From Chiloscyllium plagiosum (Eukaryota): a DNA stretch of 64,000 nt. How positions within the stretch are numbered: the stretch's first letter is position 1; every line of letters begins with the position of its first letter. Positions 1 through 12,800 of this stretch are shown in pieces. The position numbers and the translations under genes are program-made. The stretch spans positions 3,509,320 to 3,573,319 of the forward strand of contig NC_057750.1 in assembly GCF_004010195.1 (NCBI RefSeq), given 5' to 3'. A model generated the notes under the pieces. That model was not told the origin of the DNA, did no database searches, and saw nothing but the letters and a program-made list of their open reading frames with translations.

Positions 1-213
1 TGCAACGGACAGCTGGAACTGACAACCGGAAGTGGCAGATTCAAACCACTACAAATGCCGGAGGAAAGATCACAGAAGCACTTCACAGGAGGCTCCCAAG
101 CACCGAGGATGTCACCTAGACAGGGGACGAAACATCTGCAACACAAATTCCCAGCTCGACGAACAGAACCACAACAACGAGCACCCGAGCTACAAATCTT
201 TTCACAAACTTTT
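1..213 (+). mobile_element. Penelope-like element 3' terminal repeat with degenerate hammerhead motif (103-136)
   Basis: Closely similar to 51586-51795, which follows a Penelope endonuclease C-terminus. Motif reads cCgagga-tgtcacctagacaggggac-gaaa-catc. Confidence 0.8.
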
Positions 214-800
214 ATAGTAGGATCTTGGGCAGTGTTTGAGAGAGACATTGAAGTTCAGGTACATAATTCTTTGAAGTTTGCATCACACATAGATAGACTG
301 GTTAAGAAGGCACACTTGCCTTTCTTGCTCAGACCCTTGAGTATAGGAATTGGGACATTAGATTTAGGTTGTACAAGACATTGGTGAAGCCTCTGCTGGA
401 ATACTGTGTCCAGTTCTGGCGTCCCTGTAATATGAAGAATATTGTATTATTAAACTGAAGATGGTTCAGAAGAGATTTACCAGATCTTGAGATTTCAAGG
501 CGAGGGGGCATATTTTTAAAATGAGAGAAGAAACATTTAAAAAAGGCTGTGGTGAAAGACATGAGGGGCACTTTTATTACACAGAGAGTGGTTTATGTTT
601 GGAATGAACTTCCAGAGGAAGTAGTGGATATGGGTACAGTGACAGCGTTTATAAGACGTTTAGATAAGTACATGAATAAGAAATATTTGGAGGGATATTG
701 ACCAAGCGCAGGTAGATGGGACTAGTTTGGCATGGATTGTGATTGGCATGGATTGTTTGTACTGCACGGCCTGTTTCTGTACTAAATGACTTTGTGACTC
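214..800 (+). mobile_element. CR1 LINE 3' fragment
   Basis: Encodes VQVHNSLK..IDRLVKKA and ctggaatactgtgtccagttctgg (LEYCVQFW), followed by the CR1 3' UTR and tail. Confidence 0.85.
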
Positions 801-999
801 TCTAACTTCACATTCCAATGTTTGTGATGTTCCAGTACTGGTTCCTTAGATATTCTTTTACATGAGATATTGAACTCTGTTAGGACAACCTCAGACTTTG
901 ATGATTTTACCAGATGAGTTTTTAAATTCATTACCTCCTCTGCTCTTAGCCACTAAGATATACTTTTTTTTGCCTTGAGTGTTTTATTTATTGAGGTAA

Positions 1000-1180
1000 G
1001 TTGCCATTTGCTCCTCAAGAGGAAGGTGGGAAACAGTTCAAATTGTGAATGTGGCCATCTAGGGCAGACAATTGCCCACATAATCAACTCCTGCTCTGAG
1101 AGATCTATTCCTGATGACATCCAACCTTTCCCTCAGCTTCATCTAAAGCTGCTGAACAGATTGCTAACCTCAATATTGAA
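1000..1180 (+). mobile_element. Non-LTR retrotransposon C-terminal zinc-finger remnant (Vingi/Ingi-like)
   Basis: ORF 975-1211 contains CECGHLGQTIAHIINSC, a CxCG-x-QT-xx-H-xxxx-C motif typical of Ingi/Vingi-type ORF ends. Confidence 0.5.
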
Positions 1181-1183
1181 TTA

Positions 1184-1382
1184 CAGGGATCCTCAATTTA
1201 TGAATGACTGATTTACAAATGTTTGTATGTGAATGCGATCCTGTACATGGTTGTAATTTTAAAGACCTAACATGTGAGTCTTTCCCTTTCTTATTATCAG
1301 CTGCTTTCCATTGACCTGCATTGTGTTTCGATTTGCGAATGGAATCCTGAAGGAAACATTTTTGTAACTCATGGATTGCCTG
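1184..1382. mobile_element. Tigger/pogo-like MITE
   Basis: TA|CAGGGATCCTCAATTTATGAA ... TTTGTAACTCATGGATTGCCTG|TA: diverged TIRs starting CAGG, with TA on both flanks. Confidence 0.5.
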
Positions 1383-1734
1383 TATAACTTCTTCTCCAAC
1401 AATACAAACAGATTTAACGTTTTGGATTGAGTGACCCTTCCTCAGAACGATCCTTCTTCAGAACCTTTCCTCTATAATTGGAACTGCATTCCAACTTGGC
1501 TATGTTTATTTTGCTTAATTCAAAACATAGGACCAAGCCAAGTTTTGAAGTTATATATGGTTCTTTTGTTAAACATCTAAAATTTATACTCTCTCATTGT
1601 TGACTCTTCAGCTATTGAAAATAAGTTCTCTTTATTTAATACATTTAAACTATTCATGATTTTAAACATTCTCATCAAATCCCTTCATGACAACTGTCCT
1701 TTAAAGAGAACCACCACAGCTTCTGAAGTCATAC

Positions 1735-1980
1735 AGGTTAAGAGCATGAATAGAGCCACTTGGCCTTCGAGTCTGCTCCATCATTCAATGAGATCACAAC
1801 CAATCTGATTGTAACTTCAGCTGCACATTCCTGCCAACCCCCATAACTTTCAACCCCTTGCTTGCCAAGAACCTATCCACGTCTACCTTAAAAATACTCA
1901 GTGATTTTGCTTCCATCACCTTTTGAGGAAGAGAGTGCCAAATACTTAAGATACTCTGACAGAAAAAAAGTCACCTTATT
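1735..1980 (-). mobile_element. CR1 LINE 3' end fragment
   Basis: Reverse CR1 3' UTR (gagtctgctccatcattcaatgagatc), similar to 24646 and 36490. Confidence 0.7.
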
Positions 1981-2389
1981 TGGAATGTTTGTTTTAATGT
2001 TCTGCAGGGCATCAGCAAGTCTGGGTAAAATAGCTGAGAAACTGATGAATTGACTATGGTGGGGGTATGAACAAGTGAATACCCACACCTGTCCATAGGA
2101 AGTAGGACCAGACTTTGTAAAACTTAAGGAAATATGAACAATAAAGGAGGTCACGAGACAGATGGGCTGACTAGCTAAAGAGTTGCTATACTGTCACTCA
2201 AAGAAACAAAGCATTCTCAATGTATTGTTGCTCACTTTCCTCCTATAGTTAGAGTAAGTATCTTATTCCTTTGGTCAGTTTTTCTAGCTTCTATCTTTTG
2301 CTTAGTGTTCATGCACCCTTCATTTTGTACAAGTTTGTCTTGTAAATACAGTATGTACAGAAAAGACAATTGATATTAGAGTTAAATGT

Positions 2390-2404
2390 GCAGTAGGGGG
2401 CGCC
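2390..2404 (+). promoter_or_regulatory. Candidate CTCF binding site
   Basis: GCAGTAGGGGGCGCC closely matches the CTCF core CCA(C/G)YAGRGGGCGC, in apparently non-repetitive sequence. Confidence 0.45.
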
Positions 2405-3169
2405 ATCTCACTAGGATTAACACTAAGACCAGCAGAATTGATCAAGTTATACAGCAGCCATTTAACATTTGGAGAATTTACAACTATATTGAAATTAGCT
2501 TCAATGCCAGGCATCGCATCATAAAATGTCCCCCAGAGAGAATGAGATAAAGCAAGGATTTGGGCTGCTGTGCCCTGCATATAAAGCTTCAATCCTGGTT
2601 GATCTATCAGTAATAAGAAATTTCTCTCTTCCTCCTCATCCTCATCGGAGGAACATGGAAAATCAACAGGTCAATAACCACGCATGTACATTCGGCCATT
2701 TTGATAGACAAGGTGGAAAGTGCATTTGATGCCATCTGCAAGATCAGTGACGATATTGAATGGCACAGTAGGCTCAGTGGGAAAAATAGCCTAATCTTGC
2801 TTCTAACTCCTTCCTTTTTGTTATGGTTTGCTATGATACCATTAATGTCCATCCTCCATTCTAAGTAGCTGTTATGAGGCAGCAATGGTGTAGTTGTACT
2901 GTTATTTGACTAAAGATCCAGACGCTCAGTCAAATGCCTAAGGACATAAATTCAAATCCCAACATAATAGCAGATAGAATTTAATTAATAATTCTGAAAT
3001 TGAAAGCTTGTTTCCAGTGTAAAAGTATTTTTGATTGTCAAAAACCAGATAGAGTTTTATAAATATCCCTTAAGGAAGAAAATGTGCCATTTTTAGCAAA
3101 ATCACTATGATGTGTTTGACTCAATACATTCAAGGGCAGTTAGGACAGACAACCAATAGTACTACTTGT

Positions 3170-3410
3170 TCTAAAAGTATACAAGGCACTAGTTAGACCA
3201 CATCTAGATTACTATGAATGGTTCTTGGCCCCTTATCTAAGGAAAGATATAATCGCATTGGAGGCAGTCCACAGAACGTTCATTAGTTGATGCTGGGTAT
3301 GGAGAGATTTTATCATGAGGAGAAGGTTATTAGGTTTGGCCTGAACTCATAAGAGTTTAGAAGAATGAGAGGTTACTTTATTCAAATATATAAAATTCTT
3401 GGGTGGGCAT
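3170..3410 (+). mobile_element. CR1 LINE fragment (post-RT)
   Basis: tatacaaggcactagttagaccacatctaga (YKALVRPHL) through RRMRG. Confidence 0.75.
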
Positions 3411-4213
3411 GGTAGAACATTGCATTACACTTGATGAAGAATAACCATCAATCAACTCCCCATTGCATAATGGTGAATTTGAGGAAAGTGAGAGGAAAGA
3501 TTGATATCAAGCCTATAAAATTGAATTAAAAGTAAATTATTGCAATTCTGGGACATGGAAGCGGTTTTAATCTAACCGGCACCTTGAAAACTGACAGGAT
3601 GTGATGTAAGGCTGGTTTCTCACCAGTTAGTTTTACACTGTGTTCCATTCAGTTTCCCTGCGTTCAGTTAAAATTTGCTTCATGTTATCAGTCATCATAG
3701 GTAAGAGAGGTCATTTGACCTAGGTTGCTCATTCATTGTTCACTAGAAAAGCATTATCTTCTCTACTACAGTATCTGATTGATTGTCTCTCAAATGATTT
3801 CAGAGCTTTTAGTGCCCATCGCAAAGACTGGCCAGGTTTTACTAATGCTTAACTCGGAGTTGTGCTCATGATTAGATATTCCATTCATCCAATATCGTTT
3901 AGCCTATTAAACATCATACATGTCACCGTGTTAGATAATCCTTAGTTCTCAGAAAGCCTTATTAAAATAACTTCGCATTGGGTACCATGAACTAGATCTG
4001 GGTTGACAACTTTGGATCCACTAATCAGAGATTTCCTCTTTTCCCCTTATACTATCTTATCACCTCACCTCTTCCTAGTATTAATTCTGGCTGCAATCAG
4101 TGGAAATCAGAGCAAGATTAAAGTGCTCCAGTGTGTATTGTAGAACAGATCTCGTAACACAATGAGAGATATCACTGCGAATTCCTGGAACTTGACCAAA
4201 TTCATTTTTTTTG

Positions 4214-4683
4214 GTCTTTTTCACCCTTGATGCTTCTTCCAGTACATGTTCAACATGAAGGACACTGATTCGTTTGCTGAGATAGGAAGTGGGGTGCAGT
4301 AGATGGTAATCTGCAGGATGTTTGTTTTACTGTGGACCATGACATGGATCCCACTTATTTACTGCACTGCAATGTCACCACTGGAGGATATTTATCCTGA
4401 GCCATGAGCACACCCAGGAGGTGACAGTGCTCTCTTGGATTTGATACGATATCATACGGATTGACCATGTCCCTAGTTTGGCACAAGCCCCCAGCCATTA
4501 GAATAAAGGACTTTGGAAAGTCAACAGCTGGGTGTACACTTATTCCCAGTGACCAGGTTGATGCCAGATAATCCAATCTCTTTCATTCCTTTTTTTTTTG
4601 CATTGGAGAGAGTGTAGAAAAGGTTACCAGAATGGTTCCAGGGATGAGACACTTCGGTTATGAAGAAAGATTGAAAATATTAA
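4214..4683. repeat. Inverted duplication, copy A (partner at 35124-35592)
   Basis: Reverse-complement match, roughly 90% by eye. ORFs 4355-4576(-) and 35218-35451(+) share about 57 of 59 aligned residues. Confidence 0.92.
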
Positions 4684-4970
4684 GGCTATTTTCCTTAGAG
4701 TTGAGAAGGCTAAGAGGAGTTTTGATAGAAGTTTTCAAAATCATGAGAGGTCAGAATAGAGTGGATAAGGAGAAACTGTTCTCGCCCAGATTGAGAACCT
4801 GAGGAGATGTTTTAAAGTACTCTGCAAAAGAAGCAAATGCAAGGTGAGGAAAGTATTTTTCACACAGTGAGCAGTTAGTGTAATGCACAACCTGGAAGTG
4901 CGATGAAGGCAAGTTCAGCTGGGGAATTCAAGAGGGCATTATTTAAATGGAAACAATGTGCAAGGCTTCT
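4600..4970 (+). mobile_element. CR1 LINE 3' fragment
   Basis: Decayed LFSLE.RRLRG block (ggctattttccttagagttgagaaggctaagagg). Confidence 0.75.
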
Positions 4971-5659
4971 CTGATTATGAAGCATTGATACCACTGAGTT
5001 GCTAGGCCATTTCAGATGACCTTTAAGAGTCAACCATATTGGATTGACCTAGATCAGACTCCAGAGTGAAAGCAAGTAGGACAACAAATTTTCTTCCACA
5101 AAGGGCATTAATTAACCAAACAATCAATGGTAGTTTTGTGACCACCATTATTCAAAAACTGCTTTCATTTCCAGACTTTATTAATAAATTTAATTGAATT
5201 TTCACTTGTTCCTGTGGTGCAACTTGAACCTTTGTCACAGTGGTATTACCAATACGCCACTGACTCCCACAGTTGTGCAGCAATTAGCAGGTGTAAGTAC
5301 CAATTCCATTATGGGAAGCTGTGAAATTGAAAATTTGGCACCAGAAAGAAATGATCTAACTCATTAAGATATTGTCTATTGAACTGCTCTGGGAAAAATG
5401 TGTATTGACTGGTCCTTTTGTAGCATTACTAAAGACCAAAATAGTAAATCTAAGTGTAGACTACAAGCTATTCATTGTCATTAAATATGCCATTACTTTA
5501 AAAAAGGCATGGATGTCAACTCATGGTGGGAGACTTGGGAAAGGTGACTTGCAACCTGTATTACAAAAATAAGCTCTGAAATATTGCTTAAAGATTAGAA
5601 GGAAAGAAGAAAGATTCCCAGACAGCAGGACTGAAGGTGCTGACACTGGTGGGGAAAGG

Positions 5660-6380
5660 GACAGTGTTGCTGAATAAAGAGACCTGGGTGTGCATGTTCA
5701 TGGTTCCTTGAAAGTGGAACCGCGAGTAGATAGGATGGTAAAGAAGGCTTTTGGTATGCTTGCCTTTATTGGTCGTGCATTGAGTATAGCAATTGGGAGG
5801 TTATGTTGCAGCTGTACAAGACACTAGTGAGGCATCTATCGGAATACTGCTCGCAATTCTGGTCTCCCTGCTATAGGAATTATGTTGTGAAACTTGAAAA
5901 GGTTCAGAAAAGATTTACAAGGATGCTGCCACGGTTGAAAGGCTTGAGCCATAGGGAGAGAAAGAATAGGCTGGGGCTATTTTCCCTGGAGTATTGGAGG
6001 TTGAGGGGTGACCTTATAGAGACTTTAAAAATTATGAGGGGCATGGATAGGGTAAATAGACAAGGTCTTTTCCCCGTAGTGAGGAAGTTCAGAACTAGAG
6101 GGCATAGGTTTAAGGTGAGTGAGGAAAGATTTAAAAGGGATCTAAGGGATAACCTTTTCCTGCAGAGGATGGTGCTTTTATGGAATAAGTGGCCAGAGGA
6201 AGTGTTGGAGGCTGGGACAATTATAACATTTAAAAGACATCTGGATGGGTATATGAATAAGAAGGGTTTAGAGGAAATGGGCCAAATGCTGGCAAATGGA
6301 TTTATTTAGGATATCTGGCTGGTGTGGACAAATTGGACTGAAGGGTCTGTTTTCGTGCTGTATATCTCTATAAATCTATG
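5660..6380 (+). mobile_element. CR1 LINE 3' portion
   Basis: ORF 5803-6309: LYKTLVRHLSEYCSQFWSP...LGLFSLEYWRLRGDLI...RTRGH, then CR1 tail. Confidence 0.92.
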
Positions 6381-6707
6381 CCCTTACATCATAAAAATGT
6401 AAACTTTGTTTTTACGTAATTAAACTTGGCACAGAGTTAAGTACTGCTGTATATATCCATTACATCTAGATTATTGTTCTTATTGTGCTAATAGAAATTA
6501 ACATTTAATTGGAAAACGTTGGTGGTCTGCCCATCAGCAAGAGAAATAATGTTATTTGAAAAAGTTAGTTGAGAAAATTGGGTGGTACAGAGGTGAAAGG
6601 AAGTGTTTGGCTCGATTTTGTGCCTAAAGGCTCATGAAACCACAACCTTCTGACACAGGTGAGATCACTGTACAATTGAAACAAAGCTGAGATTTTGGAC
6701 AGGATTT

Positions 6708-6797
6708 CCTGAAGAAGGGCTTACGCCCGAAACGTCGATTTTCCTGCTCCTTGGATGCTGCCTGACCCGCTATGCTTTTCCAGCAACACATTTTTCA
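6708..6797 (+). mobile_element. 90-bp hammerhead-containing Penelope-derived mini-element with 10-bp TSD
   Basis: CTGAAGA-AGGGCTTACGCCC-GAAA-CGTC at 6709-6736. TSD gacaggattt at 6698-6707 and 6798-6807. Confidence 0.8.
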
Positions 6798-7027
6798 GAC
6801 AGGATTTATGCCCCAAGATAGAGTCAAGAATGGAGAATGGAAAATTAGTTTGACAGTCTGGCAGTACTGTCTGCTCCTATATCATCTTTCCGGAGATGGA
6901 ATGGTGATCAGCAGGGCTATCCACTTGCAATTGGCAAGTAGCCAATTAAATAAATGGCCTATTAAGATAGATTGTCAGAGGCTAACTGGAATTTTCCAGC
7001 ATCTGTCTGGACAAGCTGTCAAGGACT

Positions 7028-7138
7028 TAGTGGCATAGTTGTACTATCGCTAGTACTGGGCCAGGAGATCTGGGTTCAAGTCCCACCTGCAGAGGAAGTG
7101 TGTAGTAACATTTCTGGACAGGTTAGTTAAAAAATACA
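7028..7138 (+). mobile_element. Short tRNA-derived SINE
   Basis: A-box-like tggcatagttg and B-box ggttcaagtcc. Related copies at 18225-18332 and 22915-24060. Confidence 0.6.
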
Positions 7139-7926
7139 TAGGCCAGCTACCTGGAGATGACATCTCAGGAGCAGACTGGGCTAGTACTCCAGACAGGTTC
7201 TGAGGCTTTCCAGTCTTGCCTGGCTGCACTTGTAGGGAACCAATCCACACTGATGACCCTGCTACTGAGGGCATATTTTAATTTAAAACTTTGAAGCTGA
7301 GGGATGGTGCTTTAAGATGGAAGCGTCCTCTCTCTCTTACCTGAACTGCAGGTTTCTGTTCCTTTGGACCCGAACACTTCTATTGTCCTATCTATTATTC
7401 TTACATGGATGACAAGCTGATCTTGCAGTCACTAATTGGCCAATTCAGGGAAAGTCACTGCTGGGTAATTAATTCCCATACAGCATGGGTTTGTAAACCC
7501 CCCCACCCTCCCAATTTGACTCCAACATCAGGGATCCAACCCACAACCCAAAATGTTTACCCTTGTCATGTGTAGCAGAGACATGTCAAGATGCTTCGTA
7601 CTCAATAGGCTCAATTTCATGCTTTTTAGTGTAGAGTCAGTTTTGGTGAGTTTCACAGAGGAATATTCTCTGTGAGGCCTAGCAAGATCTCTCGCCGTAC
7701 TTTACCAAACCTGCGACATTAACTACTCACCCTTCCCTTAGGGTTCTCTTCTTGCCCAATTCTAGCCTGACTCTACCACTCACTGTATCCAGAATAACTC
7801 GCTACTGCCAGGATATCCTGGAAAGTACCAGTACCCATGGCATCAGTGCCATCTGTAAACAACTATTGTGCACCTAGGTAAGCAATATTAGTCCAGAGCT
7901 GCTCTGCACAATTCCTAATATTTCCC

Positions 7927-8520
7927 ATGGAAAAGGCAGCCAAGGGAAAATTGGCCATTTCCTTTATGGTTAGGGACCTGGAGGTCTTACTGGATGGGGT
8001 GTGCATATGTAGGGGACTGACAATGGAGGCCACCACACCAGACTATGCCAGAGTAGTTCGAGATTATCATGTGGATTAGTGTGGTCTCAGCTACAAGGAA
8101 TAACACGCAGCAACGTAGGAGGAAAACCGATCATCTTATTCACTCTTCCAGTCTAAATACTACCATTTTCTCTCTGATACCCTACACTCAATCCTCATCT
8201 GACGCTGTACCCACCTACCATTAAGGTTTATGCTCCATCACCCTCACCATTGCCTGCAACAGCTTCTCTCAATCTCTGTCAGCCATCCTTACCCCTTTCA
8301 CCACTATCTGTACATGCTCTCTGCACTGCCTACTCACTCAATTCATGTCCTCATCTGCATCAAAAGTAACTGCCATGACACCCACTTTCATTTTCCTTAA
8401 TTTCTTGTCTCGCTTTCTCATTTCAGTATCAAAACAGCCCGTAATTAGGCAGGAAAAATAAAGACAGGTGGTGGGCATCTGACATTCAATTCCTCACTTC
8501 TCAAATGAAGAGGATCCTGA
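7927..8520 (+). mobile_element. PIF/Harbinger Myb/SANT-like accessory gene remnant
   Basis: MEKAAKGKLAISFMVRDLEVLLDGV, then WISVVSATRNNTQQRRRKTDHL (trihelix RxxxQxRxKxxxL), an intron-like spacer ending ttctcatttcag, then KTGGG. Frameshifted. Confidence 0.55.
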
Positions 8521-9045
8521 CTCTGACTACTCCAAGCAGTTGTCTGACCGTGTCTAAGCTCCTGACTGGTAGTAGAGGCTGCCTATGACTTACTGTGCCG
8601 GGAACTCCTGAGTGAGAGCCATCTCCATTCACTTGATTGAACCCTACTGATAACCATCATAAGCTTCCTGGCTTTATGTATGCATTAAACATAGGAAATA
8701 GAGCAATACAGTGAGCTCTGGCAGAGGAACAATGCACAAAAAGAGAAGGCAGGTATGACAAGGCAGGGTTGTTGTGAGCATTTAGGGAATGTCAAAGTGA
8801 GTGAGTGCTAGGACAGCAAATGTATAAACCAGACATGCATCCTTGAGCTTAAAGTGTCCTTTTTGCAGCATTATAATGATGGTTGTCATTGCACTTTGAG
8901 GTGCAGAACTGAAGTGCAGAAACATACTGTAAGATGTGCCATGAGGTTTCTTAAAGGCTACCACATGTTGGATTTCAATGTCTATGGACATGGGGTGCGT
9001 ATGGATGGTCCATGGAGCGTGTCCTGAAATGTTGATGCCTTAGCG

Positions 9046-9876
9046 AGTTTTGAGAAGATTTGTAGCTCAGGTTGAGATTCTGGATGTAGGTTTGCTCGCT
9101 GAGCTAGAAGGTTCATTTCCAGACGTTTCATCACCCCACTGGGTAACATCTTCAGTGGGCCTCTGGGCGAAGCACTGCTGATAATTCCTACTTTCTATTT
9201 ACATGTTTGGGTTTCTTTGGGTTCGTGTTGTCATTTCCTGTGGTGATGTCATTTCCTGTTCTTTTTTTCAGGGGGTGGTAGATGGGATCTAACTCGATGT
9301 GTTTGAAACCCTAGCCACTCTCCCCTACATCAAAGACATCTCGGACTGCCAGACTACTCAGACCCCTTGGCATCATGGTAGCCCACAAACCCACCAACAC
9401 ACTAAAACAGCAGCTAATGAACTTGAAAGACCTTATACAGACAGCAAGCAAAACTAATGTCATTTACAAAATGCTGTGCAAGAACTGTAACAAACACTAC
9501 ATTGGACAAACAGGCAGAAAACTAACCACCAGGATAGATGAACATCAACTAGCCACAAAACGACATGATCCTCTTTCTCTCTCACTAGTATCCTTATATA
9601 CAGATAAGGAAGGACACCACTTCAACTGGAACAACACATCATAGAAGCATGGCACTCCAACCGGAACTCTATCAGCAAACACATCGAGTTAAACCCCATC
9701 TACCACCCCCTGAAAATAAAAGTACAGGAAATGACATCACCAACCCAAACATATAAATAGAAAGCAGGAATTATCAGCATTGCTTCGCCTGGAAGCCCAC
9801 TGAAGATGTTATCTAGTAGGGTGATGAAATGTCTGGAAATGAACCTTCTAGCTCAGCAAACAAACCTACATCCAGA
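9046..9876 (+). mobile_element. Penelope-like element: GIY-YIG endonuclease fragment flanked by inverted pLTRs
   Basis: ORF 9375-9644 NVIYKMLCKNCNKHYIGQTGRKL (GIY-YIG). About 9075-9305 is the reverse complement of 9677-9876. Hammerhead cores at 9122-9155(-) and 9800-9833(+). Confidence 0.9.
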
Positions 9877-12800
9877 TGTTGATGCCTGCTGTCAAACATG
9901 GAGATCCTCTGGAGAAAATAACAAGCTGAAGTCATTGGGTGGTACACGCTCTGTTGAGTCTTCTTGATATCTAATTTGTTTTGCTGCAAGTTGTAGAATA
10001 GGAAGTTGCATGTTAATAAGGTGAGACGTACAGTTAATAAAGTTATTAACCAGCAATAAACCCCCTTAACTGGCAGGTTGCTGCTGCCTAATAAGAATTG
10101 ATTTGGAGGTGTCGGAGATGAACTGGGATGTATGAAGTTAAAAATCACATAATAATAAAAATTGTACCTCGACACTCAGAACGTACTTAAAAGATGCGTA
10201 GAGTTGCTTTTGACCATGAGATAGGTCCTGCTGGACTTCTTGTGCAATTCTGCCACATTTTCCGCCATAGCTCCCATCACTCAGACCCTTATAAGCTTCC
10301 AGCCATTTTGTTTTCATGTTGACTTTAATGTATAAAACTGCCTAAATGTCTCTTACAGGGACAGCATTTTTAAAAAAAATGAATCCTGAGCCAAAGAGGA
10401 AATATTAGACAAAGTAAATAAAAAATTAGATCAAAAAAGATAAATTTTAAGCACAGGGTTCTTCCTTTAAAATTCAGGGATTTCTATGACGTAGATAAGC
10501 ATGGCAGCACTTTAATACACAGCAGGAGTCCATAAACAGCAATGAGATGATTGACCAATTAATCTGTTGGTACCACTTGAGGGAAGAATGTTGGCCAGGA
10601 CAGAATTCCAGAATCTGAAAATGTTCTACCTAACCACAGGAAAAACAATGATGGCAAAAACGCTTGACATCTGATCTGCAGGATGGCACTTTCAACAATA
10701 CAGCGCTTCCTCAGTACTATACTGAAGTGTAAGATTAAAGAATGGGATCCAACTTCTTAAGTACATATTCCAAATAATCAGGTTTAAACATACAAAAATA
10801 TGAATTAGGAGCAGAAGTAAGCCAAGTGAGTCCAGACAGCACTGTAGATTTAACTTCTATGACTTTCCAAAGGAAACATACAGACATTCTGGAATTTATC
10901 CCAAACTAACCAATTGAAATCAACTTTTTTTCCCAGAAGTAATTAACTAGTTTGGATAGCCACTATTCTGTTCCTAATGGTTGGAGGAAAAATATGATTA
11001 CTATTTAGTATAATATTGTTTTGCACTTAATTCATAGGGGTCAGAAATTTGAAGCCCTTCTGGCAGAATCTAGGGACTCTGTGGGACCTTCTAAGGAGAG
11101 ACTCTATCCACCCTAAACAAGTCCTATTGTGTGGTAGAGGGGTGTGGTGGCCAATTACTCCCAAGCCCAAGCAATACCACATCCTTGGCCTACCACAGTC
11201 CCAGCAGGTCCTTAGAAAATGAGACCAAAACTGCTGGTTGACTGAATAACATGGGTGGAGAGCACCCTGGGGATCTACACGTAGTTTGGAATGCCAAACT
11301 TTTTTTTTCAATTTGACCATGTCACATAACACAGGGTGGACATATTTTGACAATCTTGTACAGTAATCTTTTCAGAAGGGGCCCTGAAGCACAACCTCTT
11401 TGGCCTATTTCTACTGCAGTTCACAGCTTTTGGAGCAATAGATGCCTGTTTGAAACATGATATCCATCATTGCAATGTCAATGAAAAGACTTTGATTTGA
11501 TTCCACAAATCTCAGCAGACTTAGGACTGTTAGTCCTGGACACATCGCATCCATGAACTCCTTCAGACTGGGTCACAAGATTGTTTAGGGTGGGATTGGA
11601 AATGTCAGACTGGAGGCAAAGCTTCTCTGACAGTTGAGATATGAAACATCATTGGGCTAGATTGGGAGGTGTATCAATTTGCACCTAACATCAATCGAAT
11701 TTTCATCAGGACTGCTCAATACTTAAATACAAGAGATGAACAAATGTCCCACATGCAGCTATGAAATCTCCAATGTGGAGGAAATTAAGGTACACCTAAA
11801 ATATGAAATTGCTGAAAGATAAAGTTTTAGTTGTCAATAAATGTCAGTTGTTTGGTGACACTGGGATTTTCATACTCTCTCTATGACAATACTATGTTGA
11901 TATCTCAAATTTAAATCCAGTGCTGCTCACCCATAAATCAATATGCATTACATGTAAGCACTGGCTTACATTATCCACTAGTCCAGCAGCACCTTGATTT
12001 TAAAATTTTAATTTCATTATTTAAATTCTTCAATGGCCTTGTCCATCCCTACTTTTCCAAATTTTTCGACTACTTTGAAATTTCAAATTTCTCAAGTTCT
12101 ATTACATCTATTATTTCTATTGTCCTACTGGCATGTCTGTCTAGGTTCGAAGATCTAAAATTTCTACCCATATCTCTCCACTTCTATCTCTCCCGAAATT
12201 GCTTTTTACTGTCAACCTCTCAATCGAGATTTTTGTCACTTGTGCGAATACTCTTACGTGGCTGGGTATCAAATTTTGTTTGATAATGCTCCCATTCATC
12301 TAACATCAGCCTGAACTCGGAAAAGCATTTTGCAACATCTCTGGTTTGCAGTATTGCATCATATGAGAGTGAGAACAGGAACCTAAATAGGGTGATCAGA
12401 AGGGGATTACAGCTCTTGAAATGTGGCTAAGGCAAAGGACCCTTAGAATCAGTTGGACAGAGTGAAGAATTAGTTCATTTGAATCAGGAACTACAGGAAA
12501 ACCAGGCCCCAATATCTTGCAAACTTTTAGTTGCAGTGAAGCAGTGGAAATTGAGAATGTCTGATTATTGGAAAAGAGAGTGAGTGTCTTGTGTTAGCAA
12601 CAATAAAATGGAAATGATCACAATCAAAAGAATAAGTCAGACAGAGATGGAATAGATGAGTGGACAAAATTAGAACTAAGTGGAGGAAAGAATGACACCA
12701 GCATGCAGAATTGCAGTCAACAAAGAGATGCATTAAGGGTCCTCTGTATTATGACTAAGTATGAATGAATGAAGTTTTCTTGGGTATACTTAAGTTATCT

